Shown here in pieces: positions 39,640 through 51,455 of a stretch of DNA of 64,000 bases. Under the pieces are notes generated by a model. It did no database searches and was not told the DNA's origin. It saw nothing but the letters and a program-made list of their open reading frames with translations. Where the stretch lies: positions 1 to 64,000 of the forward strand of contig KZ538481.1 of NCBI GenBank assembly GCA_000934665.2, given 5' to 3'. Every line of letters starts with the position of its first letter. The stretch's first letter is position 1. The position numbers were made by a program, and so were the translations under genes. The DNA is from Catajapyx aquilonaris. Its lineage: Eukaryota.

Positions 39640-42600
39640 ATGGGTATAGCACGTCTCTTCCTCAGTTCCTGGCCTGCCAAGGGACTGACCCGGGGGTTGC
39701 ACAGGCTCGCCTCGGGGCAGCCACCAAGCAGGGGCAGAAAAAGGGCTGTCATGGTGACCGGTTGCGACTATGGAATTGGCTATTCGCTGGCTCTACACGC
39801 TGTTCGTAAGGTTTGTGGTTATATGTGTAGTGCACCACTATTAACCAAATTTATTGTACCGTAGTTTAATAATTTTATGAGATACCGAGAGTGTTGGTAA
39901 ATAAACATTGTACGGTAATTAGTTTCCAATGCTACACTGCGCTGGAGGGACAAATTGTTCGACATTTGCGACGTTGCTATGGATGTAAATACTTTTTCGG
40001 CTCCTAGGGAGTACTGGCATGGGATTAGCCTAGGTATACAGTGAGGAAAACTAAACAATGATCTGACGTCATCAAGGCTTCCATGGAAATACCCTTACAG
40101 GACAATATGAGAAAACAGTGTCAACAATGAGTAACAAAAAGGGTAACTTACTAATATATTGGAGTATCCTGTGGTCAGTCGTTCTGGAGAAATAGCTCAA
40201 AAGGGACTGCAGGAGATTTATATGGGGACGGTTTGTCCTTCATAAAGAAATACGCGTGTTGCATATTATTAATTTTAATTACTTAAAAGGTGAAGCTGGA
40301 CAATGCACCCGATGCACACTAGGGAAACTTTTAGTTATGCAAAGGTGACCTATATCCGCCCTTGATCAGTACGTGAATAGTATTAATAACGCGTTTTTCT
40401 CATTGCCAAGAAAATTCAAATGGAACAACAATTACATAGAATGTTGTCCGCCGCATTTCTTGTTGACATATAAACCAAGAAAATTAATTTCTAAGGCATG
40501 TACACTTGACCTTGGAGGATAGCGTGAACCCGGAAAACTGGGAGAGGCCAGTTGATCATGACACCTATTTAGGATGAGCTGAATCCGAATCTGAAAAAAA
40601 AATCCATTAATCAATGGACCTGAACCGTCCTGTAATACCCTTTTAAATGAGAAAACATTATCTATATTCGAATCAATTTCTATTAATATCTGTATGATTC
40701 ATGCAGGGTATGCCAGTGATAGCAGCCTGCTTGAACCCAAATGGTCCGGGCGCCACAAACTTGTCCAATCACCCAGACCTGCACGTGGTCGGACTTGACC
40801 TGACCTTAAAGGACAGCATCAGGACGGCCCGTGGGCAGGTAGAGCAACTTCTGGAAGAGCACCAGATGGACCTGGGCGGGCTGGTCCACAATGCAGCGGT
40901 CCTGGTTTTCGGCGAAAGCAGCTGGCAAACGGAACAACAGGTACGAAGTCAGTTGGAGGTCAACGTGCTGGGCCCCATTGTCCTGACCCGAGAAATGACC
41001 CCAGCATTGATCAAGGCCAAAGGTCGGATTCTGGTGCTGGTGTCCAATTGCGCTCATATTTCTTTGCCAAACTTGGGACCATACTCGGCCTCGAAGGCTG
41101 GGATATATGCGTGGGCAGAGTCACTCAGGAGGGAAATGGACAAGTACGGCGTGCTGGTATCCACGTTGGAGCCTGGTGACCTGCCAGGGGACACCAACAT
41201 GTTTCAGAACCAGGGGAAGAACTCGAGAGAAATGGCCAGCGAGATGTCGCAATGGGAGAAGGACTTTTATGGCAAGTTCTTCTGGAAGGTGCACCAGCAC
41301 GTGATGACGGCATTTCCGGAGAAGCAACATCCCAGGGAGCTTAAAGTACCAAGGTAAAGTTGGCCATCATTAGAAACCAGGGTCAAAACTCTGTGAAAGA
41401 CATCATGGGACGTCTAAATATAAGTATTTTTTACTAACGCAATCGAGTGCGCACCACAGTTCGCGCAGCATGTACGGTTGGCATTATTAATGATAGGTGA
41501 TAAGCCCTTTGAATAGTGGATATGCTCTGCACTTAATTCCAACACTACAATTGGAGGGGAACAAAATGGCTAACGTTTGCGACGTTTTCAATGCTATGGA
41601 ACCAACCTCAGATGCAACGGGTGTGAATTGTTCTAATTATTTGGCTAATTAATTTTAATTAATTTTAATTTTAATCGTGTTTCATTTTAATCATTTTAAA
41701 TTTCAAGTAATTTTAATTACATGTCTCCTGTGTAGTAAAGGCCGATTTACACGATGACGGTCCTAACCGGTCCTAACGGAAGTAGGAACTGCCAGCCAAT
41801 CAGAATGCACTACTACGCTGTTACGTTAATAGCAGAGTGGAGCATTCTGATTGGCTGACCGTTCCTACTTACGTTAGGACCGTCATCAGGGAGCATCATA
41901 TTATTATACCTACTACATAAGACATAAGAGGTGCAAACTTCTGTCGGCGCCTTTGATGTCCGCGTCTCTCTGTTTGGGGCCGTTGCCAAGGCTGGCGGCC
42001 ATTTTGAAGTGTGGGCAACGCCAACGAGGTATAAATAGGGTTCAGGCAAAAAATAGGGTCCGCCATCTTTGATGGTTTCGGCGGCCATGGCAACTACACG
42101 GCAAGAACACGCGCGAATCAAAGATGGCGGACCCTATTTTTGCCTGTACCCTATTTACACCTCGTTGGCGTTGCCCACACTTAAAAATGGCCGCCAGCCT
42201 TGGCAACGGCCCCAAACAGAGAGACGCGGAAATCGGATGTTTGCGCCTCTTATGTAGTAGCCCTATATGCTCCCTGCCGTCATCGTGGAAATGGGCCCTG
42301 GCAACGTTGTTCTCGGAACAATGGAGCTGCGCGCGTATGGGTGCGCACCCAGTTGCGCTCGTGCAAACATTATCATGGTGAAATGTTGCAGCTGAAATGT
42401 GGACAACAATGACTGTCAACAATCTCAACAATGTAAATGTAGTTTATATGCAACGTGTATGCTTGCAGGTTGTATTCGGAGTTTGAGAAAGCGCTACTGG
42501 ACAAGGTGCCCAATGCTCATTACCAAGCTGGAAGAAGTCGGTGGATGTTTGGTGTTTTCAAAACAGCTGTTCGTCTCCTGCCCTCCAAGATTGGCGACAG

Positions 42601-42640
42601 ATTAGTGCAGCGAATGAGTGAAATGCCCAAATGGCCTTGA
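39640..42640 (+). CDS. sro: Short-chain dehydrogenase/reductase, Shroud/Non-molting glossy-like (BDH1/RDH-related SDR), 329 aa
   Basis: Exons 39640-39810, 40707-41353, 42469-42640 (990 nt, GT-AG, gccATGg start). Motifs: TGCDYGIG cofactor site, HNAA, catalytic YSASK. Segments FGESSWQTEQQVRSQLEVNVLG and LPNLGPYSASKAGIYAWAESLR resemble my recollection of Drosophila Shroud. The SDR call is firm; the sro orthology is less so. Confidence 0.8.
41739..42299. mobile_element. PIF/Harbinger-like MITE in SDR intron 2, interrupted by a nested MITE
   Basis: Ends AGGCCGATTTACACGATGACGG / CCGTCATCGTGGAAATGGGCCCT, with a hairpin body (agccaatcagaatgc / gcattctgattggct). Confidence 0.7.
41887..42276. mobile_element. 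Palindromic MITE (same family as 20899-21241), nested in the right TIR of the Harbinger-like MITE
   Basis: CAGGGAGCAT ... ATGCTCCCTG with a perfect 7-bp TSD, ccgtcat (41880-41886 and 42277-42283). Confidence 0.9.
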
Positions 42641-43685
42641 TTCATATGTATACTGAGCTTTGGAGTTGGACTGTTATCACATATAATATACAGTACTGGT
42701 AGCATTCAACTAGAACAGAAACTACAAGAGTAGTAGCTAACACTCAACTCACCTTCAATGTTGGTGTAGAATCGTACATTTAATGCCCTTTTCACCTATT
42801 AACATCCTCACTTGATGATGATTAGACCTCCGGAGGTAGTGGATATTAAGATCTGCTAGATTTTTACAGATGCTAATTAAAGATCACTTATGTTACATAT
42901 GGGGTAATCTAGCCCAGTTGAGTAATAACTTCCCTCGTGAAGTAATCTTTGCAATACTAGCCCTATACTAAATGTACAAAAATTTGCAATTCTCTTCCGC
43001 AGCATTTAATAGCCATTTCATCGTTGCTTAATTGTTGCTTTAACTGTCAGAGGAGCTAATCACATATCCACAATTTGACGATTCAATGGTACTCACCTAC
43101 TTGAGCGATAATCAGCTGATGCGGCGTCTCCGATTTCGTCTTAGGACAAGGTAAAGGAATAGGTACCGTAATGTTCCTCGTCACCCCATCACTGTCAGCC
43201 GAAAAAATGCATATCACATCGCGAATGAGGAAGTCTTATTGAACTTGCCATAGATCTGCCCGTTGTTTCTTTTCACTTTAAGGCGATTTCTCTATGCTGA
43301 TAACTACATATCCTACCCTTGACCTTGGAGGGTAATACAGTGCATCAATTTGACCCAGAGTGTGCACACTCTTGTTATGTTTGATCGCTTCTAACATTGT
43401 GAATATTATTATCACTCTATGTCAGAATGAGTAGCCATAATAGTTGCGTCATAATTAGGATCTCCCCTGTGCTAGAACATAACCATTGTGTAACGACATG
43501 TGCATGTAAATTGTAAGGGCAATTACTTTTATATCCTGCACGCCTACTTAATTACTGGGCAATAAATATTAATAAGGGTGCGACATGAAAACGAGTTTTT
43601 CAATTGATATGATGCGCAGGAGTTGTTTCGCAACACTCGCTTCTTTCATGGGTTCAAAACATAGCTTATTTTCTATATGCATTTA

Positions 43686-44191
43686 CAGGGTTCTAACATT
43701 TAATCTACCGTCGCTTTGGGAAATGATAGATGGCTTCTAGGAGATCATTTAGAGTATATGCAATGCTATGGTCTCCGACGCATAGTTACTGTTATAATTG
43801 GCATTAAATAGAAAGTGCATTATCCCAGCTTATACGTTTCGGATACTGCTTACGACACTTAAATAGTCTAGGCCATTCTCTGCTACACTCAAAGAGTTCT
43901 GCTATAATATAATTATACACTACTACGGTATACATATATAACATAATTATATTTTAGCAGAACTCTTTGGCTACACCTAACAGGATCATAAATTTAAATT
44001 AAATTACGTATGGTAACACCATTTAAATGAAAAAGGCAAGGTTGCATACATGCCCGGATATTTTATACATTGGGCTTAAATCACATTATCTCGGTAACTA
44101 TGCGTCCGACGCCCATTTTGCATATACTCAAAGTGATCGCCTAGAACACATGCATCCTTATCCAAAGTAACGGTAGATGTTCCGAACATTG
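43686..44191. mobile_element. Foldback MITE containing an 80-bp nested mini-element (43890-43969)
   Basis: Inverted arms at 43703-43798 and 44085-44178; absent from the paralogous flank near 56525. The inner element CAAAGAGTTCTGCTA...TAGCAGAACTCTTTG has an 8-bp TSD, gctacact/gctacacc. Confidence 0.75.
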
Positions 44192-44308
44192 AATAATTAT
44201 ACAAAGAAAGGATTTCAATGCTACTCTGTTTATTTCACTTTCCTATACTGTGACGGCCTACCATTACAAAATTAATAGCAGGCATCTTCCACTTCACTGT
44301 AAACAGTG

Positions 44309-47087
44309 TTAAGCGCTAAATTTCTTTCTAAACCCCCTCAGAGAAATGAGAGTCATGGACACCAAAATGATGAACCAAACAATAATGGAGACATAACCTT
44401 GCCATACAGTAGTGTTGTATATGGTCCATCCTCTGGTAAACATGCTTCTAAGAGCCTCGTTAACAAACGTGTTTGGATTCGTGTAACACAACAACTTTAC
44501 CGGAAGAAATAAGACTCCCTCGATGGGCCATATGACCCCACTCATAAGTTGGCTAAAAATGATTATGCTGACGCCAAAAAACGCTGCCATTATCAAGCTT
44601 GAGAGAGTGACTCCCATGAAGATACCAAACATACTGGCACACATCCCGTGCAAAATACATAGAAGAAACAGCCAAGGTGAGGAACTGTAGAAAGGGAACC
44701 CTAAAATGAAATATGTAATTAGGGTCATGCTTATGGACGTGTATGTGACTATGAACATCTGTGTGGTCAACTGGGCCAGGATCAGCTCCCAGTGACGTAC
44801 ACCTAGAAAAAAAGTTTCAACATTTAAAAATTCTCAAATGATTATTTGTTTGTTTGGGAAAGAGCTAAATAGGCTACACTATTACCTGCTATTATTACCC
44901 TTTGCACCATTCCGTCTTGTTTTTCCCACATCATGTTGGCTAGCGATGATGCCATAACGATTGAAAATATACCACTGAAAAGTCGTAAATGTTATAACAT
45001 GTGCACGATTTTTTTTGAACATTTCTGTACTGTATATCATATTGTTTTTCCTTCATTCTTTGACTTACTTTGCCAGTGCAGCCGGAGCGCTGAAGTGAGT
45101 AAACGCTGCGTCATTGGTTCCATATATCGGCTTTCCAAAGTTCATTGGGGATACTCCCATTACCGGGTTCATGTCGCACATAGTGAGCATCTCTTGCATG
45201 AAATCAGAGTATTTCAACAGAAAGTGCCTCTGAATTAGAAGTGCAATGTGGTAATCTGCATAAAAAATTGAAAGATTGATTATAGTAATTAATCTGAAAC
45301 ACCAGTATTGCTCATGGCACTTACTGCTCATGTCCATTCGAAGTGTGGAAAATGAGTTTTGCAGAGTGGTGTTGTCCACATTGAGTCCCGATAGAATCTT
45401 TTCAGTGACGCTATCAGAATAGTTAGCAGGAAATGTAATTACGCCCGCTACGTCACCATTTTTCGCTGCAAACCCCGCTGCCGATTCGTTATAATATGGT
45501 ACCTGAAACACCAATAAAAATAGTTCAAAATTTCTTTAACAGCTTCATGTTTATATCAAGCACAAGATTACAAGTACGCATCACAGGACGTCATGTAATG
45601 TATCACAATTTTTGTCTGAAGAATTTGATCACTTATGAGTTCATGAACGACTTACCAAATTGACCACATTCTTGTCGAGTCCATCCAAATACCTGCAACT
45701 CAAGTTCAGAAACAGACAGTCGTCGAATGGCTGGCAGATTGGGTCATTCGGCCATTCGTGGTTCACCACAGCCACGTTAGTTTTCCGAGGGTTTGGTCCA
45801 AGCGTAAAACAAACTAAGATCGTCATAATGGGACCAATATTTATTATGGTAAGTGTTGGCCTGGAATAAAATTCCACGTCATTAATCTCACGCCAGACGT
45901 CGCAGGAAATGCTCCTGTCAACAACCTGGGCCTACCTGTAGTCACGCCATAGCCGTGTGAAGTTCTTCCTAAGCATGGCTGCAATGTGATTCTTGGAAGA
46001 ACCGGTTCTTAACTGACTCTTCTGATGCACAGAGGCTTTGGATGCAATGGTCACTTCTCTCTCGGCCTTCTTCCCAAGCTCAGTGGGCTGGAGGTCAGAC
46101 CTGTTGTTTATGGCGATGTCTTGGTCGTCGTTCACACACAGTGTCAGGAAGACATCTTCCAATTTTGTAGCCCCGTACTGTCGCATGAGTGTGCCTGGTT
46201 CATCCTGTGCTAAAAGACGGCCATTTCTCATCATGCCCACAGTGTCTGCTTGCCTTGCTTCCTCGATGTAGTGGGTGGTGAGGATGACTGTTGTCTTGTT
46301 CACAGAGGCCACATGTCGAAGGTACTTCCACAACCTGTAGGGGACAATTTTTTTAAAATTCTATGCGCATAATGCATATCATGTAACTTACATTTCCCTC
46401 AATATAGGATCCACTCCCACTGTGGGTTCGTCCAAAATGAGCAACCTTGGCTCGTGGAGTAACGCAATTGCAAAGGACAACCGCTTCTGTTGTCCGCCAC
46501 TGTATGGTCAATTACAATGTGAATAAAGAACACAATAACCATGCATCAGTTACTACCTGAGGGTGTGAATGTGCCTTATTTTCGGCGGAAGCTGCAACAA
46601 CTTGAGCAGAAATGTAAGCCTCATCTCGATGTCTGATTCGCTAATTCCGTATATGCGACCAAAGTAGTGAATAATTTCCGTAATTGTCATTACCGGGGAT
46701 ATACCTTTCTCCTGAGGCATGTATCCAACCACGGGTCCTGGGACACCACATTCGGCAGTGTTGGGTTTTAGGCCAAATATTCGGATATGTCCAGAGTGCA
46801 AGTACTTGTCCCCAACAATGCAGGAGAGCACTGTGGTCTTCCCGCATCCACTGGCGCCAAGAAGGGCGTAGCTGAAATGACAAGTGAAGATTCAAATAAA
46901 ACCTAAGTTCAAATAGTTGATGTAATTGAGTAACAGAAACGTACATTTTTCCTTCTTCCACTCTCATATCGAATTTTTTCAGGACATAATGGGCTTTGGC
47001 ACCTCTTCCGTACGATTTGACGGCCTTGGAAAACACAACCGCATCAGTACCGGTGCTGTTCGGAAGGACCCCTTCGCCTGTGGACAT
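44309..47087 (-). CDS. ABCH: ABCH-type half ABC transporter, copy 4 (705 aa)
   Basis: Exons 47087-46945, 46871-46557, 46499-46392, 46334-45936, 45860-45656, 45502-45325, 45255-45069, 44974-44886, 44802-44309 (2118 nt). Canonical Walker [15 protein letters not shown] and TTHYIEEA. Confidence 0.92.
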
Positions 47088-47456
47088 GTTTACTCCCTGT
47101 TGAGCAAGATAAACTATGTGATTATGGTCATAATGATAGGCCCGGAACCAGCTAGGGAAACACCGTAATTAACATTCAGGAAATTCATTTCTGATGGAAA
47201 TCCCACAGGTTGACTGTCTTTATTGCGCATCTAATTACAACTTGTTGATCTTCATGTGAAGGACAGGTTACAATCATGTCTCATGAAGGTATAATTATTT
47301 TGTGTTGTAAAACTTATTGCTGTGAATGGGATTTTTTTTGTCACTAATGGCAATCATATAAGATTACAAACAATATCTTTAAGAAGTGTCGAGTTGGAAG
47401 CAGTTGGATAAAAGAGATATTGAAAGGGCAATCAGGAAATGAATATTATTGCGTGA

Positions 47457-47740
47457 GGGGAGGCAAGCTGGCAAGGTGGTCTAGTGGGTATGCCACTGGC
47501 CAGCCAAGCGGGAGGTCAGGGGTTCGCACCCCGTCCCCGTCACCTCTGCTTGGTCGGGTCTTTTTCCGCTTTCGACCCGACATGCCGGGACTCCCTACTC
47601 TGCCCAGGGCCAGGAGAAATAGTCTGGTTTATTTCACAAAGTCAGAAATGACTAGCCTAATTACAGCGACCTCCCTTGGGAACCCCATTTCCCCCCCTAA
47701 AAGGGCTCCCCCCTATCGCGGGGTACATCGAAAAAATACA
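47457..47740 (+). mobile_element. tRNA-derived SINE, family B, tandem copy 1
   Basis: A box TGGTCTAGTGG, B box GGTTCGCACCC, and a body ending cgcggggtac followed by an A-rich tail. Confidence 0.8.
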
Positions 47741-47806
47741 AAACTTTACTGCATACTAATTAAGAGATATTGAAAGTGCAATCAGGAAATGAATATTATT
47801 GCGTGA

Positions 47807-48080
47807 GGGGAGGCAAGGTGGTCTAGTGGGTATGCCACTGGCCAGCCAAGCGGGAGGTCCGGGGTTCGCACCCCGTCCCCGTCACCTCTGCTTGGTCGGG
47901 TCTTTTTCCGCTTTCGACCCGACATGCCGGGACTTCCTACTCTGCCCAGGGCCAGGAGAAATAGTCTGGTTCATTTCACCAAGTCAGAAATGACTAGCCT
48001 AATTACAGCGACCTCCCTTGGGAACCTCATTTCCCCCCCTAAAAGGGCTCCCCCCTATCGCGGGGTACATCCAAAAAATA
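47807..48080 (+). mobile_element. tRNA-derived SINE, family B, tandem copy 2
   Basis: Near-identical to 47457-47740. Duplicated together with ~40 bp of upstream flank (aagagatattgaaag.gcaatcaggaaatgaatattattgc). Confidence 0.8.
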
Positions 48081-49034
48081 CAATTCTCAATTATTCCCAC
48101 AATTCAGTATGATTATGTAATGCCTTGTTCCTACTTTTTACTGTCTCATTATATAAAAATATAGCAAGGTTAACTTGGACATAAATTACGCCCGCTTGGT
48201 TTGGCCTGATATTCTTGTGTAACAGTGCTGATAACTCATGATATGCGTAGAATATCAAGCGGTTTTCTTAATCTGTCCGTTTGCAATCAGTAGCAATATA
48301 AATCGTCGTCACTAATAAGATTTGTGCCTGGTACTAATAGTTTTGTATTCAAAATTTCTCGACTCATCTTTTAGAAGCTGCAAGAACCTCCTTATAATAA
48401 TGCCTATACAGTAATATTGCAAATCAATCAGTAAATGCCAATAGTGCCAGAAGGCATACTACAGTATCTAATCTTGATCCTAGCATGTATGGTGTACACT
48501 GTACACCTACGAGTTACATTTGTTGTTTTTGATTAGTTATCTGAATGCTATTGGCCACGACGACAACAACATTAACCAAGATATGCCTGAATATTATTTA
48601 ATTTTTTAAATAATGATTTTATGAGCAAACTCTGAACTCCCAGATAACACTGATAATCCGAAAATGGTCCTAGATACCGTAAAATGAGCTATTTAGAGAT
48701 TTTTTTAAATTAATTACTGTATAGTGTATGATGCTAAGGTTTAATCAAAATAATAAAACTTATAAATTTTTAGTTTTATTTCCTAGAAAAACTCTCCCAT
48801 ACTTTTTTGTTGGAGAGACATATTGACATATTTCCGGACTTTGTTTTTTTTGCGATGCACGGATAATCCGAAACACCGGATAATCGGGAGTACAGTGTAT
48901 GTAACATCTGTGTAAGTGTTCAGGGAATACAATTTTATGTTTCTAAATTCTAACTCTTAATTTTTAAAATCTGACTTTGTAATAATTGTTCAGGTGACCC
49001 CAATAAGGGACGCTCGGAAAATCTGGGTTAAAAA

Positions 49035-49036
49035 TA

Positions 49037-49078
<42 letters not shown>

Positions 49079-49088
49079 CCACAACAAC
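49035..49088 (+). repeat. (CAA)n microsatellite
   Basis: Direct reading; paralogous to 62274-62340. Confidence 0.95.
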
Positions 49089-50696
49089 CGAAAAGTGGAC
49101 CGGTCTAGACTACGTGGTGGGGCGTAAAATAATGATCTCACTCACTCATTTGGTGACAATGTGAAAAACTTAATAGCATTTACCTGTTCATGCGACATTC
49201 AGGAGCTGCTGTAGACCTCCCTACTTCAACCACTTTTTAGTTCAAAGTAAAGGACAAGCATGTTGGTACTGTACCCCCAAGTCCGCTCCCCGTCCTCACT
49301 TCTTCACTATTGGCCGAGGAAAGTCATGAAAATATCGCTGATGGGTTAGTCATTATTAAACTCGTTTGATGCACCCCCGGCTTACACCATTATAGTTATA
49401 TGTAATCTGAACTGGTGGAGTTACTTTCCTTCCCTTTTTTTTACCATCAGTTACAACCAACAAAGATTCCTTTCTTTTCACTCCACTCTTGCTTAGGAAG
49501 AGGAGCGTGTCTTAACTCTGCCCGACTGAGGTGGCAAACAATACCAACAAAAAGAAAAAGGAGAAGAAGAAGAAGAAGAAGAAGAAAATGAAGGAGGACC
49601 GTCTCAACTAAGCCTCCCAAGACCAGACCCGGAAGACGGACCAGACGACCACCACCCAGAGTGACCAACCACTGGCCAAGCAGATACAAGAGACGGAAGG
49701 GACGGGATGATTTGGAATACATCCATCTACAATCAACACTGGTAGCGTGAGTAGTTTAAAGGAAGGTCACATTCACACTCGTAGCTGTCTTGTAATGCGG
49801 TGTAACTGTTTGGAAATAATATCCCGATTTTCTTAAACCAATCCGAGTTATGTTTTATTTAAAAACGCACCTGCATTCACACCTTGATTCACACACGACA
49901 ACTTTCAGGTACTTTTCAGCTTGTTGATTAGGCCTGACACTCGTTTAGAACCGCCCACTGTTTCTCTTCCCTTTCAGAAAAAACTTCTCTGCCCAAGGAT
50001 GCTGTCCATGAGTTGTTGTTTTTTTTGTCTTCCAACTTTACAGGATGACCCTGGCATTATACGTTCACCAAATTGGGAATCAGATTGACTCAGTATGCAC
50101 TGTATATTGCAAGTTTCAAGTAAATACTGCAATCACGAATATAATATTGAATATTAAACGATTGAAATGTATTAATCTGATTAGGAAACACGAGCATTAT
50201 ACAGTGTATCGAGGTTACCTTCACGTGTCATGAGGACAACGAACGCGACGAGTAAAGACAACCTCGTAATATAGGCACAGTGCATGATAAGCGATAAGTG
50301 TAATTACAGCACAGCTACGCTTGAGTACGTTACACTCACGTGTGTTTAGAATCTTCCAAGATTTTCTTAGCCCAAGGCCAAGGTCACACATATCATTGTC
50401 CCTTATGTTGCATACAGGACTGCTTGCACCACGATGCGGTACTTTGTGGTTTACAGTTTTTAATGTTCCATATGGTCACTCCAACGTTGCTTTGGCTTCT
50501 TTCTGGGATAATGTTCTGAGTGATATTGATGTGATGCTTTATTATTTCTCTTGTTAATGTTCTACTACCCCACTCATATAATGCTCCACTTTTTCACTTA
50601 TGTAATGCTCTACATCTTCATGATAATTATAATGCTCTCGAATGTCTCAAATTTAATGCTCCATTATGTTGCTTTATGATGCTTTATACATTCAAT

Positions 50697-50905
50697 CAGT
50701 GGTAGATTTAGGGGGGGGGGGGCTCCCATAGCTCCCCCAGAGGGGTAAAAAAGGAAAAAANNNNNNNNNNNNNNNNNNNNNNNNNNNNNNNNNNNNNNNN
50801 NNNNNNNNNNNNNNNNNNNNNNNNNNNNNNNNNNNNNNNNNNNNNNNNNNNNNNNNNNNNNNNNNNCCCCCCCCCCCCCCAAATAAATCCCTGGATCTGC
50901 CACTG
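50697..50905. mobile_element. hAT-type MITE spanning an assembly gap
   Basis: CAGTGGTAGATTTAGGG ... CCCTGGATCTGCCACTG with an 8-bp TSD, cattcaat/aattcaat. N-run at 50761-50866. Confidence 0.75.
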
Positions 50906-51455
50906 AATTCAATGATCCCATTGCCTTCAATTTAATGCACGGATGCTCCGCCCGTGGGCCACTTTGGGCCTGAGGACAAGAAACTTTTTTTTTAAAATTC
51001 ACATGTACAGTCTGTTCGTATATTAAAGTGTCCAGCATGCAAAAAATTATGAGCTTCGGACAAACATTTGCATATATTTCATGGCTTGCGATTTCCAAGA
51101 AGTTATCCACCCGCACATTCTTCATAAGTAATAATATAATTTTTGGCAAGGTGAAACGACTTTTTTGAGTTCTTCCAAAATACAACAAAAATCAAAATAG
51201 ACTTTTAACTTACAAGTGCTGGGTAACATTTCTTTGTTCATTCATTATTAAATCTCCTCATCTTGTTCACGTACGATATTCTTAGATTTTTTTTCAGTCC
51301 AGGAGGTTCGTAACAAAAAACAAAATACTCTATAGGGCTCTGTAGAAGTCTTGCATTTGTTTGTAAAAGATGCACCCAAAACAAATATATGGCTAGCCAA
51401 GACTCTACCATTACAAAATTAATAGCAGGCATCTTCCACTTCACTGTAAACAGTG

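Larger units (their letters stand above)
47170..50500. repeat. Segmental duplicate: copy 4 upstream region is paralogous to the copy 6 upstream region (~60410-63240)
   Basis: Collinear shared blocks include gatggaaatcccacaggttgac, tttaagaagtgtcgagttg, the pogo-like MITE, (CAA)n and cgaggttaccttcacgtgtc. Confidence 0.85.

Noticed and set aside
44306..44512. Recurrent plus-strand ORFs antisense to ABCH exons (also 51453, 56634)
   Set aside because: They recur only because the ABCH exons are duplicated; they are shadow frames.
47457..47540. tRNA-like sequence (also 47807 and 29940-30016)
   Set aside because: A and B boxes are present, but they continue into a repeated body with a tail (and a TSD in family A), so these are SINE heads rather than tRNA genes.
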